Assembly: GCA_001643675.2 (NCBI GenBank) | Contig: LSRY02000025.1 | Coordinates: 434,001-498,000 of the forward strand | Reading direction: 5' to 3' | From: Monocercomonoides exilis PA203 | Lineage: Eukaryota > Protista > Preaxostyla | Length of the DNA: 64,000 nucleotides | Shown: in pieces, positions 13,647 to 25,617 of the stretch | Layout of the letters: each line of letters opens with the position of its first letter | Position numbering within the stretch: the stretch's first letter is position 1 | Position numbers and translations under genes: made by a program | The notes under the pieces: model-generated | The model's input: the letters and a program-made list of their open reading frames with translations, nothing else | Told to the model about the DNA's origin: nothing | Databases searched by the model: none

Positions 13647-14868
13647 TTGGAGCAAAAAGCTTTCTCAACTGATCTTGCAGAGGAGTTCTGCAAGGGAATT
13701 GAGGAGACAACATGGAAAGGATACCTCTTCGGCTTTGCACATTTTGGAAAGCAATGGGAGGAATGTGGCCACAAAGAAATACCAGACAATATTTTTGATT
13801 GGGCGTCGAATTGCGCAAATGTATTTTTTTTCCTAAGAAATGGTGGAATGTCGCTCACGTGCCTTCAAATCACAAGAGCTGCAGTTTCCTTATATACCAG
13901 TCTCGTTTTGAATACGTGCTTAGGAGATATCCCACTCATAAAGATGCTATTCAGAGCGTTCAGAAGAACAAGCAGATCAAAGAAAAAAAGAAAACAGAGA
14001 AATTTGGAACCCACAGACGTTGTTGAAGTATTTCGCAGATCAGGGACCGAATGAGACATTGAGCTTTAAGCAACTGACAATAAAGGTGATTGTGTTAACA
14101 ATGTTATTTTCACCCTGCAGATTTACAGAGCTTGAGAGAATAGACATGAGAAATTCAAGGTTTAAAGAAGAAGGTATATATCTTGGATCGAGAATGAAGA
14201 CTTCGGAGACCGAACAGTGATTGCTATTCTTCATTATTTCGGAGTTGCCACTTATTTGTCCTTATTTCGCGATTAAGATCCTCTGGGAGAGAGTTTAACA
14301 AGCCAACCCAAGCACAATCAGTTTTCTCCATAACACAAATCCCTTTGCCTCGTTGATAGCAGGAGGTTGTCGCAAACTTGCACATGAAGCACTGACCAAC
14401 GCCGGGATACCAGACACATTTTCTCCATTCTCAATCAAGGCAGCTTCAATTTCGGCTTTGACAATGGCAGGTATTCCTCCTGTGCAGGTTGCAAAGTTTA
14501 CTCGTCTTTCGCCACAAACAAACTCATTGGTTAAACATTTCTTTCGGGCGGATTTAGCGTCAGCAATGGGCAAGGTCATTGCTTCATCATCAGAAGGAAC
14601 GATAAAGCAGGCGCAGAGTGCTGAAGAAGACAAACAGAGAAGAAGGAAAGAAAGACAGAACAATGATGAAAAGAATGTTACAGTTTTGAAAAAGCAGTTC
14701 AATATGAGACAAAGAAATGACAGAAACCAAGCGACAGATTTCTCCCAAGCAATAAAGCCTTCGAAGATTGAAGAACCAAAGGAAGATGGAAAAGAGGATA
14801 CAGAATATGATAAATGGTTTATTATCAGAACAAGAGCTCAATCAAAGAAAGAAGAAATTCAGAAGTAA
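13647..14868 (+). pseudogene. Tyrosine recombinase of DIRS A
   Basis: PCRFTELERI (catalytic Arg box), GIPDTFSPFSIKAASIS (HxxR-equivalent box) and TRLSPQTNSLVKHFF (Tyr box); split over three ORFs. Confidence 0.8.
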
Positions 14869-14924
14869 TGGAAAGTGTCAAAAGCTGTAGTCTTGATTGT
14901 ATCAGAAATGCCCAACTAACATTT

Positions 14925-15029
14925 GATCTCAAATGAAAGAGAAGGAATTGAATGGATGTATTTCTTGTGAATAAAGGTGCTAATGCACTTTTATTAGAAA
15001 AGAAAAACGAAATTCAATTCCTTCTCTTT
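14925..15029. repeat. Internal complementary region (ICR) of DIRS A
   Basis: 14925-14991 is the reverse complement of 11459-11525 (62/67 by hand); 14992-15029 is the reverse complement of ~15227-15263. Confidence 0.9.
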
Positions 15030-16632
15030 TTCCCACAACTTTTTTCACTCCAAACCCCTCTTTAATATAAGTTTTTCACATTATCTTGCGTTCCACAATT
15101 CATTTTCTTAGCGTTTATTTGTTTTTTTAAAAACGCAAAGTTTTGATTTTTAATACAAATGCATTAACACTCACGTCGCTACCACATTGATCCTGGGCGA
15201 TGACCCATTGATCGTGATCTCAAATGAAAGAGAAGGAATTGAATTTTATTTTTTCTTTTCAAAAATATTTTATATTTTTTGCAAAAAAAGCTTGAAAGTC
15301 CGTATTTTCCCCCATTTTAAAAGTCTCTTTTTTCAATTGAGTTTGTATTGATGAGATATATTTTGTGGAAAATTTACAGAATTTTTCCTCTTGTGGTTGT
15401 TGCAAAATCGATCTTGTCCGGTATTTTTTGCACAAACTTAATATCAATTTTTTTATAAAATTTTCTCTCTTTTTTTTGTTCACACGTAAAAAAAAAGTCA
15501 AAATAAAACAAAGACCATATTCATCTTCTTTTGCAACATTCAGCTGAACGAAACAATAAGGAAAAAAAATTCAATGAAAATGTTACTTCAAAAACGTTAA
15601 TGTTTATCACACAAACCAAACAAAGAATTGAAAGAATTTGCTGACTCGCATTTCCCAAAAAGAATGAATGCGAACAGATTGCTGGAGTCAAAGAAGAAGA
15701 AGAAGAAGTTGATAAAGAAAAGCAATGACATTCATCACTCACAGAAGAAGTTGAAGACATTAAAGAGATTTTTTAACTGCTTTTCAGAAGCAAAATAATG
15801 GGTGTTTCCACCAAAAGAACCATATCAATCAAATTGAAATTTGATGAAAAACAATTGAAAGAAGATTATTCAGAAAATTCAGCTCTTCTATCTTCAGTCA
15901 AAGCGGCTTTCGCTTTGCTCCATTTGATAAATACAGAAACAAAAAAATATCTTCTCAATCCAATAAGTGCAATATTTCCTCTCTCTTTCTTCAATCTCTC
16001 TTTCTTCATCCACAAACAGCAGAATTCCAAATTGAAGCACGTGAACAGGAGGAGATCCATTCAGAAGATGTGTTGTTGAATGTGCCAATGAATGAAGAAT
16101 GTGGATTTTTGGAAACAACTTCATTTCAAAGCACGATGACAGAGAAACAACAAACAAGGCATCGGCTCTTTTGGGGGGAAGAGAACACAAAGGCAATTGC
16201 ACCGGCAACCTGAGAAATGGAGAAAGAGGAATTGAAGATCCCAAGAATGTTAATGATGAGGGATTTGAGGAGTTTGAATTACAGTGACTGCAATGAAGGA
16301 GAAGAGGATTTCCGAATGGAAGTTGATGGAACATGTAAAGAAGATGAAGATGTGAATGAGGAAAAATACACAACAACAAAACAAATATGAATGCAAATAA
16401 AAGAAATTCAAAATAAAGTGAATTACAAATTTGAATTTTACACTGGTAGAAAAAGATTGAAAGGTGAAAATAGAAACGAAAGGTCAAAAAAAAATTGCTC
16501 GAAATCAGCTGCAAAGCAACTTAAAGAAAAATTCAAGAAAAAAAAGAAGAAGAACAGGAAGAATAAAACTCTGATGAATACAGTTAACAAGATGGAGAAA
16601 TTCACTTTTTGCCCGTTTTTAATTTATGATTC

Positions 16633-16893
16633 TTAATGATAAACAAAATAATCGTTTGGATTTTTTGATAACGCCCTAAAATGAGCTAAATCAAAAACTG
16701 ATTTATAGAAGCTGACAATTAAATCTTCATATCCTTCCTCTTCCATCTTTTCGCACAGCTCTCTATACAACATCATTTTCTGATTTTCTTTTTCAATTTC
16801 CTCTTTCGCATTTCCATTCAGCCAGCTCCAGGTAAACAAAATAAACGAAGTTAAACTATTCTTCTATTCTCTTTTTCCGTTCAATGAACTCGA
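16633..16893 (-). pseudogene. 3' end of multicopy helical-protein family gene A, cut off by DIRS B
   Basis: ELCEKMEEEGYEDLIVSFY...DYFVYH matches the paralog C-terminus in ORF 44515-45351 (IFEKMEEKGCEDCIGSFH...DYFVNI); in frame with 22935-23651 once 16894-22934 is removed. Confidence 0.85.
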
Positions 16894-17031
16894 TTCGCAA
16901 TTGAGCGAATCAACAAACGCAAGGAGGAGGTTTGCTCCTCAATAATGAGTTTTGATCTTAAATTGTGGGTGGTTGAAGATCAAACTTCGCTTTCTAATTG
17001 ACTTCTTGCTTACACCATTGTCCGCAGTTCA

Positions 17032-18301
17032 AATGACGCTAAATCCTGTTAGAATGGCAGACAGCGACAGCGAAGAGAAGACCGTTGATTTGGTTCAAAG
17101 GCTCAAGAGAGTTGAAAACTGGATGGATGAAGCATCGAGGAGCAGAGGAGGACTGAGTCACTCCGGAGTAGAAGGAATATTACCAAAGAGAAAGACGAAG
17201 AGGGAACTGCCAAGAAGAAGATCCCTGACGAGATCAAGCGAATCTGAGTCCGAAACAAATTGTTCAGAAATGATCGCAAAGAAGAGACACAGTCAGCGAT
17301 TGAGGGGCAGTCGCGTACGTAATCAGATGAAGAGATGGGACCAAGAGGAAAGCAGCGAGAGCGATTCCGGAAGTACAGAAAAGCTGGAAGAAGAGCAGGG
17401 AAGATCGGAAGACTTTTTGGGAATTTCCCCAGACGAATGGCTGAAGCTCAGGAGGCAGGCTGGCGAACTGAAGAGATTTGTGGAGTTTTGCAAGGCCGGA
17501 TCGATTAGAATAAACGATGATATCTTAAGCACGTTCATTCCTGAGACGGAAAAGAGTTTCTTTACCTGACATATGGATCCGAGTGGGAAAGCCTTAGCGG
17601 TGATGGGGGTCACCGCTGAAGGAAGAAAGGACTCACCAGAAGCTGTCCGGGTTATTAAATTGCTCCAACCTGCTCTCGAATCGGGGTTTGAAGCTGCCAA
17701 TGCGATTGCAGCCCTTCCAGCAAGAGAATTAAAAAAGGTGTGCTTCGAAGAAAAAGAGAAGGAGCGTCTGAGGTGTCTTTTCTGTCCCTATGCGCTTATT
17801 GCCGGCTGTATCAGCAGAATTAACTTGTTGAAAGTTGTGCCCTACTCGGATTGGGAGAATGTGAAAGGCATTAAAAAAGGAGGAATGTCCAAGGATGAAC
17901 CAGAGAACCTGAGAAAACTAGTGGAGAGCACTAGCTTTTTTCAAGCAGAGGGAGATGCAGCAGGATACGGTGCATCTCCCGACTCCACAACAGGTTTCGG
18001 GCCCACAACAGCCAGAGGGGGACTCTCGAGAAGATACAGTTCGGGAAGGAGCACCCAAGGATTTGTATACAGACAGCTCCAGAGAAGAGGATATGGCAGG
18101 AGCTTCACAGACTTCAAAGGAAAGAAGAGAACACCCCAGTTCCAGGCCCAGTTTGTTCCAACCATCGCTGGGAGGCCAGCCCCTATCATTGGACCATTGC
18201 CCCCAGCCCCCTCAAGGACCCAAGGAGGGACAGCGATGGAACCATCAATCAGATCCAACAAGTGGCCTCAGGAGTTGAGTGGCAGAGGAGAGAGAGAGTA
18301 G
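17032..18301 (+). pseudogene. Gag-like ORF1 of DIRS B
   Basis: ORFs 16952-17569 and 17573-18301 are in frame across one TGA; G/R/S/Y-rich C-terminus; lies upstream of pol. Confidence 0.65.
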
Positions 18302-18405
18302 AGAGAAAAGAAAGAGCCGCGCTTTGCTGCAAGACCGAGAGAAGAGTGAGAGAGTCAAATTTCAGCGAAATGACTACATAACAAGAAACCGCAGCTCTTG
18401 GAGAG

Positions 18406-20748
18406 ATGAGATCAGAAACGGAAGTGCCGAAACAATACGTGAACATCGGAAAGGTTGTGAGCTTGCTAGACCAAGAGAAGGAGAGAGAACGAGAAACCAC
18501 AGGGGATTCTGTGACAAAGAGACCGAGAGAAGATGCGCAACACGCGACAACGAGAACAGAAGGAGACTCCGAATATCCCCGAGTGAAGGGACAGAAGAGC
18601 GAGAGGGAGAACGGGAAGAGAGTCTTGAGAGCTTCTGGGATTGTAATCGAGCCCCCAATTGGGAGCGCCCGGGAGGGGAGCTCGAGGATAGCTATATTAG
18701 ATACTCTCGAAGAAGAAGGGAATACAATGACGCAACTTGGACACAAGACACCAGGGGTGAGGAGGAGAACAGCGAGTGGACCACCGAAGGAGCCACTTCC
18801 TGGGAGACTAGTGAACAGACCGAGAGAGTGGAAGAAGATTGGGGGAGACAAACAAGTGAGCTGTGGAATAAAAGCTCGATGGAAAAGTCCCCAATCCCCA
18901 ATCTCACTGGAGGAGGGAAAACACAGACAAGAATTTCGGGGAACAACGGAGATGACAAACAATTATTTATCCCTTTTGGAGGAGGAATTGAAGGACGGAG
19001 TGGTGAAGCCCATGCAGGAGTCGGAGGTGAAGTGGTTCAACCTGACATTCATGGTTAGAAAGAAGAACGGAAAGTGGAGGAAGATCCTGGACTGCAGGGC
19101 GTCAAACGAGGAAGTGCAGGGAAAACACTTCAAGATGGATTCCCAGGAGACAGTGTTGGAACTCCTTGAGGAGAACGATGGAATGACCACTCTGGATATT
19201 TCGAGTGAATGCCAACATGTCAAGGTGGACGAACAATTCAGTCCCTATCTGTGCTTCAGCTTTCAAAATTAAGCCTATGCTAACATAGGGATGCCTTTTG
19301 GAGCAAATGATGCGTCCAGAGTTTTCACGAAGATAATGAGACGGGCAGCGTCATATATCAGAGAAAAGTGGAAGTTAAAGCTAGTGATACATCCAGACGA
19401 CATACTCCTTATGCACACAGACAGGTATGCATTGAGATTGATCTCACAGGAGATAGCCCAGTTCCTGAGAAGTCTGGGATGGATGCATTCAGAAGAGAAA
19501 CTGAAGCTGGAACCCACAAGGAGCGCGGAGTTTCTGGGATGGTTGTGGAACTCGGAGAAGATGGAAGTGACACTCCAGGAGAGGAAGAGAGTGCTGCTCC
19601 TGGAGGATGTGCGAAAGTGGATAGCACATGCAAGGAAGAGGAGGAGACAAAAGACGAGGGACTTAGCAGCACTCATCGGGAGGCTGAATTTTGTGAGGCT
19701 TCAACACACACCAGCGAGCTTGTGGATGAAGCGCATGCAATACGTGCTGAGGCAGGCAATAGCCCGCGGAGGCTGGAACGGGACAGTGATACCCAACCCA
19801 ATGATGTTAGGAGAATTAACACATTGGAGGAAAACTCTGCGAGAGAACAGACCAAGGAGTCTGAGGAGAAGGAACAGACCAGCAGAGCTAACAACAGACG
19901 CTTCGGAGCTGGGATGGGGTGCAGTATTAACAATACCAACAGAGAACAAAGAGGAGAAGATATATGTCCACGGAAGTTGGACCCTCCAGGAGAGTGCGTT
20001 AGCGATAAACGAGAAGGAGTCCAGAGCAGTGTTGAGGACACTAGAGAGAAAGGGAGCATGGCTGCAACAACAGATGATAGACCATATTCGTTTAAAGACA
20101 GACAACATGTCCACGAGGTGGACGATTCAGAAGTAGAAGGGAGCGCCATCACTCATTCCAACACTGAGAGCATTGGAGATGAAACTGAACAGCCTGGACA
20201 TTACAATACAGACGGAACATCTTCCGGGAGAGCAGAACATGGAAGCAGATTCACTCAGTCGGATGGCGAAAAAGCCGGACTACGCACTGAGGGGGGAGAA
20301 GGTCGCGGAGATATTGCGAATAGTCGCACCGAGAACACAAGATATAATTTCAGAACCAATTGCACCGGTGTCCTGCGGAAGTACTTGGAGACTATCCTCT
20401 CTGAGAAGGGAGAGAGAGAAAGAAATGCCAGAAGATGAGATAGTACTTGTCAATCCGTTCCTGAGAAATATCGGACGGACCCTGAAAGAGAAGATGAAGG
20501 AAGCCCAGAGGGAACCAACGATTCTGATTCTGCCAGCCTTGCGGGGACAGACCTGGACCCCGCTGCTGCCGCCTGGGCATTCGATAAAGACCCTGGAGAC
20601 CTTTCAGGAGTGCATGATACCGGGAGCTATGAAGAGAAAGGAAGGCTGGAAATTACCCCCAGGAGAGGTTATAAGCGTTATACTGGAGAAGAGAATATTC
20701 AGGGGAGAGACATCTTCTTTACATGGGGAGAACACGTTGGAGCAATAG
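18406..20748 (+). pseudogene. Pol of DIRS B: RT, RNase H and probable methyltransferase-like remnant
   Basis: RT: KKNGKWRKILDCR, TLDISSEC, MPFGANDASRVFTK, IHPDDILL (degenerate YxDD), EFLGW. RNase H: TTDASELGWG, KTDN, HLPGEQNMEADSLSR. In-frame stops at 19270 and 20134. Confidence 0.92.
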
Positions 20749-21947
20749 ATAAAGCAGCAGCAATACTGAAAAATCAGAAAAGTGAAAGAGAAACGTGGAG
20801 AGCGCTACGAAGATTTAAACAGTTCCTAGAAAGAGAGAGCATAGATGACACCGTTCCACTCACAACCAAAGATGCCAAATGGATCATGGCAGAGCTCACC
20901 GAAACACTCTTGAATACGAACCTCTCGAGTGGAGTGATTCATCAGATGGTAATGAAAGGACTTGATTCAATTAACCTTTTCAGGGAGACAAAGATTGTTC
21001 GAAAGGACATTGAAACATTTCTAAAGACTAATGCAGGAGAGAAGCCGATGAGAGGCATGCGATATAAATCAATGTGGGATCTTTCAATTATTACTAAATG
21101 GGCATGAGCCATTCACGATATGACAAACTCATAGACACTTCACAGGAGAGCCCTCATCCTCACAATGATTTTTGAGAACTTAGGACCAGCGGAGCTGGAA
21201 AGAATGAGAAGTGGAACGACGATCAGCTGAGAGAACACTTAACTCACACAGGCACAGACAAAGATGTTTGGAGGGGAGATTATCAAAGTTTTTATTAATA
21301 AACGTCCAAACCCACGCATCGTTGCAGTTGTGGCACACCAACGTTGGATGGATTATTCAAAGACTACGTTTCAGAGTGAACATGTGTGGTTTGATTTAAA
21401 AGGGAGAAAACCTGCAAATTTGCAGAGAATTAAGAAAGAGTTAACTGCGATTCTGAGAGAAAACTGAATACCCGATACATTTACCGCGAACTCGATAAGA
21501 CACGCAGTGATTACACACTCAGCAAGACGAGAAGGAGCAGACTGGAAGGCTATTAATGCTTATGCGAGATGGGAGCCAGGTTCAAGAGTGGACCAGGAAT
21601 ATTCTTCAGTGCTGCCGGTTCAAGATACAAACTGGATCCTGGAAACAATCGGCGGATCAGTACCCCTGGCTGAGAAGAGAGACAAGTCGGAGATGGATAG
21701 CGAAAGAAAGGATATTATCAACGAGGATACAGAATCTGGAGCAAAGGAGCATCATGAAGAGACATCACAAACTGGGGGAAAGGGGGACATGAGCAAGAGA
21801 AAGAGGTCGACGAGACGAGAGACAATTCGAGAGAGGAGCTCGCATCACGAGAGCGATGTTACAGAACCACCCAAAGGTGATGAGACAGCTCCCATAATTC
21901 CACGCAGCATCATGGAGCTGAAGGAAAGCAGACAGACTGCCTCATAG
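20610..21947 (+). pseudogene. Tyrosine recombinase of DIRS B
   Basis: RYKSMWDL, AELERMR, FTANSIRHAVITH, ARWEPGSRVDQEY; several stops. Confidence 0.85.
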
Positions 21948-22182
21948 AAAAAATATGAGATTAATCGGAGGAAACGCGGAGAGAGAAGCATAGGGCAAAT
22001 TGTCATGACTGTTCAGGCGCAAAGGACCAGATCAAGAACACCCTATGCACATCCCAAGAAAGGGAGGGAGGAGAGACAGGGGCCGCACTTTCTCTGCAGT
22101 CCCTCTATACATCCGCCGCACGAGAAAGTGCAAGGCAGGAGGGTTTAAGATCAGGGGAGAAAAGAGAGCGAGTGGTTTCAGG

Positions 22183-22279
22183 ACTCATTATTGAGGAGTA
22201 AACCTGCTCCTTGCGTTCGAAGATTTGCTTTATTGCGAATTGATAGAACGCAGTGAGACAGGATTTGCTCCGAAATAAT
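22183..22279. repeat. ICR of DIRS B
   Basis: 22183-22239 is the reverse complement of 16894-16950 (49/57); 22240-22279 is the reverse complement of 22895-22934 (40/40). Confidence 0.95.
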
Positions 22280-22934
22280 ACGAACGCGGATGGAGAGACT
22301 CAGAGCGGCTGGGTGCGTAAGAGAGAGAAACAGATTAGGAAGATGACGTGAAAAAGGGCGAGATAGCAGAGGAGATGGGAAAAGAATAACCGCCCAGAAA
22401 GATCTAACGCACCTGAACCTGTATTGAGAAGCAGTGAAGGAATGAAAAGTTGGAAGAAGGATCCCACTCTTTTTATTGGTATCGATCAAATGCAAGGAGA
22501 AGAATTAGGCTGACCCACACAGTGCGTGGTGTGTGGTTTAGCTCTGCTGGATCAGCAGAAGAGCGGGAGGCAGAGCACATCACACGCAGTTTTCTTTTCC
22601 ACGCCTCGCGGAAGCTAGAGTGGTTTTTTTTTCTGCTCCGACCAGAATACTCGCCTCACCGGATCCCTGCACTGAATGCAGGAGACAGCTCCGAGGGGCA
22701 ATGTCCCCTGCCCTCTGGTCTTCGTGACCAAGGCGAAAAGGCGAAGTCGGGAGTGAAGTGAAGCGGACAATGCATTATTTCATTTAACAATTTTAAACAT
22801 TATTGCAAAATTTTTTCATCTCGCCCTTTTTTCCACGTCATTTGGGGTGGGTGAAGTTTTTCACTCAAACCACCCATAATTTAAGATCAAACTCATTATT
22901 TCGGAGCAAATCCTGTCTCACTGCGTTCTATCAA

Positions 22935-24070
22935 AAGTTCAACAATTGCAAATGCACTCAATGTTGTTGCTTCATTGTTAATTGTTGGTCCAAGCATTTC
23001 CTCCAAAATGAAATCGACAGCCTTTTCACACAGGAAGCAATCAGGAGATTCTGCTTTTCTCAAAATAACATTCACAAAAAGAAACAGGCAGCACACATGG
23101 ACATTTCTATAATTAAACTTAGATGCCATGTACATATCAATGATAAGCGTTGTCAGCTTGGAGTATTTTTCGTCCTGTATTTGGCCATATATCGCAAAAG
23201 AATTCAATGCGTGGAGCCATCTTTCCAAAGCAATCGTTTCATTCGCTTCTTTTTCTTTTCTATTCCAATTCACGCTTTTCGATAGCCCTTCCAGTTCTCT
23301 TGTTGCTTCTCTCACAAAATGCAGCTCATCCACAATCATTCTTTCCAATCTTCTATCATTGAGAAATCTGCTTATCAAAAACTGCCAAGCAGATAGATAC
23401 TCATTTCGCTTCAGATTGTGATGCTTCTGGTGATGTTGAATGATTTCAGTTATTTCCTTCAAATGCACTTTTTGTTCGACAGACTTATTAGAAATTAAAT
23501 TTAAAAAAAGCAAACATAACAAAAATGAAATAGAAGTGCTCATACACCATATCCCATTTCGCTCAAAGCCAGCAATGCTATTTCCACTTCTTTTTGAACT
23601 TCGTCGGTTTCCTCCTTTACAAATGCAGCTTTCAGAAGGTTGGACATGCAAATTGAAAGCATTTCAGAATTAATCCACCTGATCAACAAAAGATTGCATT
23701 CGCAAAGATCAATCAAAAACTTTATGCTTTTTCTTTTTTTTTCTTTTCTTCATCAGCAATCATCTGCACGATTTTTCTGCTCACAGAAGATCTATCTAAT
23801 TGTACATTCCATACATTTTGCAATGTTCTGCAATATCCCATGTGCTTCGGCAGCAAAATTGCATTTTCCAAAACAATTTTCTTTTCTTCAATCATTCCGG
23901 AAATTTCTTTGAACAATTCTTCTGACAAAATTGAACAGAATTCATTTCTATCCATTTCTTCCATTAATTTATTCATTTCTTCAATTTTTTGCTTTTGTTC
24001 AATTTCAGCGCAATGTTCAAGCTCAGAAAACAATTCTTCGAAAATAATAAAAATTACAAGAAATAAAAAG
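22935..24070 (-). pseudogene. 5' part of multicopy helical-protein family gene A
   Basis: FSELEHCAEIEQKQKIEEMN...KEITEIIQHHQKHHNL...YLSAWQFLI, paralogous to 44515-48100; intron 23545-23484 (GTATGAG...TAAG); frameshifted. Confidence 0.8.
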
Positions 24071-25617
24071 CCTGTTAAATATAAGAAAACAACTACAAAC
24101 TTGTGAACTTTTCAGTAAGATCTGACTTGAATTTTTCATTAACACTTTCATCTTCATCACCATCATCTTCTTTTCCTTCACCTCCTTCTTCTTCTCCTTC
24201 TCCTTCTCCTTCTTCTTCCTCTTCAACTTCTTCTTCTTCTTCTTCTCCTCTTTCCAGTTACACCTCCCCCATGAATAGGCGTTCTACACGCAACTTTGAT
24301 CACATCTTTGAAGAGATGCTTATCTCTCTCATTGTCTTCATGAGCAAGCACCCAGGCAGACCTCTCTTCAACATCGATGAATGGGCACTGGTTGCAAAAT
24401 GTGTCAAAGGAAAGCAAAAAAATCCATTGGCATCAGCTGAGCTGTATTTCACAGCAGACAAATGTGTGCAGCCGGTTGATGTTTTGTGATCAGCTGCTGA
24501 GAGTTGGATTCTTCGTATGTTTGAGAGAGAAATCATTCTTTTCAACATTATTATTAAAGATTAATAAACCTATTCGTTTTTATTTAAATACAACATTTGT
24601 TTCCAGTTTAATCTTCCTATGAAGCACTCATCAGTGAATGTGTCTCTCTGCTCTCTTCTGCACCCACTGCAATGCCCAAGAACAGCAAGAAAAGTGTGCT
24701 AGCTGTGAAACAAGGATGACTATTAGCTTGTTTTTGTTCCTTCTATTAAAGAACAAGCAGAAGAGTTTGATTGGGCAGAACAGAAAGGAACAAAGGAATG
24801 AAAGGAAAAGCGAACAAGAATGTTGTGTTTATATCGTTGGGAGATCTTCGTGAATGAACTTTGCATTTATTTTGATTTCTTTCTTTCTTTCATTTTGAAT
24901 TGATGAACTGCTGCAAATATCTGAGAAGTTAAATGATGTGAATAGAAACGAATATTTTCTGATGGTTTTCGACAACTGTGATATGTGCTTTTTTTAATGC
25001 AATTTATTTCTTTTCGAATGCTGATCGTTATTTCATTTTTAAGGGATATTTTTTGTTGGCTTCGTAACATTTTATTGGACTTTTGCTTTCTATCCTTTGT
25101 ATTCCATTGAAATCCATTCGAAAGAATTGCATTTTTTGAAAAGACATTAAGTGTATCCTTCTTTTTGTGAAGAAAACCATTGGTAGTTCACAACATATTT
25201 TTTGAATTTCATTTGATTTTTCTTTTTCTCAAATTTTGAAAAATATGCACTCAAAGGAATGGAATTTGAAAAAAAAACTCTCATCAAATTTGTTTTTTTA
25301 TTGAAAATAAATGAAATTTAATAAACTTTGGTAAATAAACAACAAACATCATCCATTGAACGATTTGCCACAAAACTACATCTGTAAAGACCAAATGAAC
25401 GAGACTTGATAAATGAAAAGAACGAAATTATTAAAAAAAAAAGAATAAAGATAAAATAACATTTGGAAACATGAAATTTTTTGTCTTCATTTTCTGAAGG
25501 TTATGAGAAGCATATTATTTAATTTTGAGTGAAGATGAGTTTTTCCATAAGATCAAATGTGACCCATAATAACACATTTCAAATTTGAGATAAAGAAAAT
25601 CATTTTTAAGCACCAAA

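Larger units (their letters stand above)
11459..15263 (+). mobile_element. DIRS-type tyrosine-recombinase retrotransposon A (decayed, internally deleted, ~3.8 kb)
   Basis: Gag-like, RT, RNase H start and YR remnants. ITRs 11498-11561 vs 15184-15243; internal complementary region 14925-15029 pairs with both outer termini. Confidence 0.92.
16894..22934 (+). mobile_element. DIRS-type tyrosine-recombinase retrotransposon B (full-length, decayed, 6,041 bp)
   Basis: ORF1, RT-RNase H-(MT) and YR; ITRs ~16925-16976 vs ~22866-22914; ICR 22183-22279 complementary to both termini; no TSD. Confidence 0.95.

Noticed and set aside
17567-17569. Programmed TGA readthrough in DIRS B ORF1
   Set aside because: The element has many other stops, so ordinary decay is sufficient.
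12490-20748. Diversity-generating retroelement, retron or group II intron RT acting on the receptors
   Set aside because: Both RTs are linked to RNase H and YR within DIRS termini; no template/variable repeat pair with adenine-specific mismatches was seen.
1820-21947. Alternative genetic code (TAA/TAG = Gln, as in some oxymonads) to explain in-frame stops
   Set aside because: The two ~2,700-codon Gln-containing ORFs have no in-frame TAA/TAG, and the broken ORFs also contain TGA stops and frameshifts.
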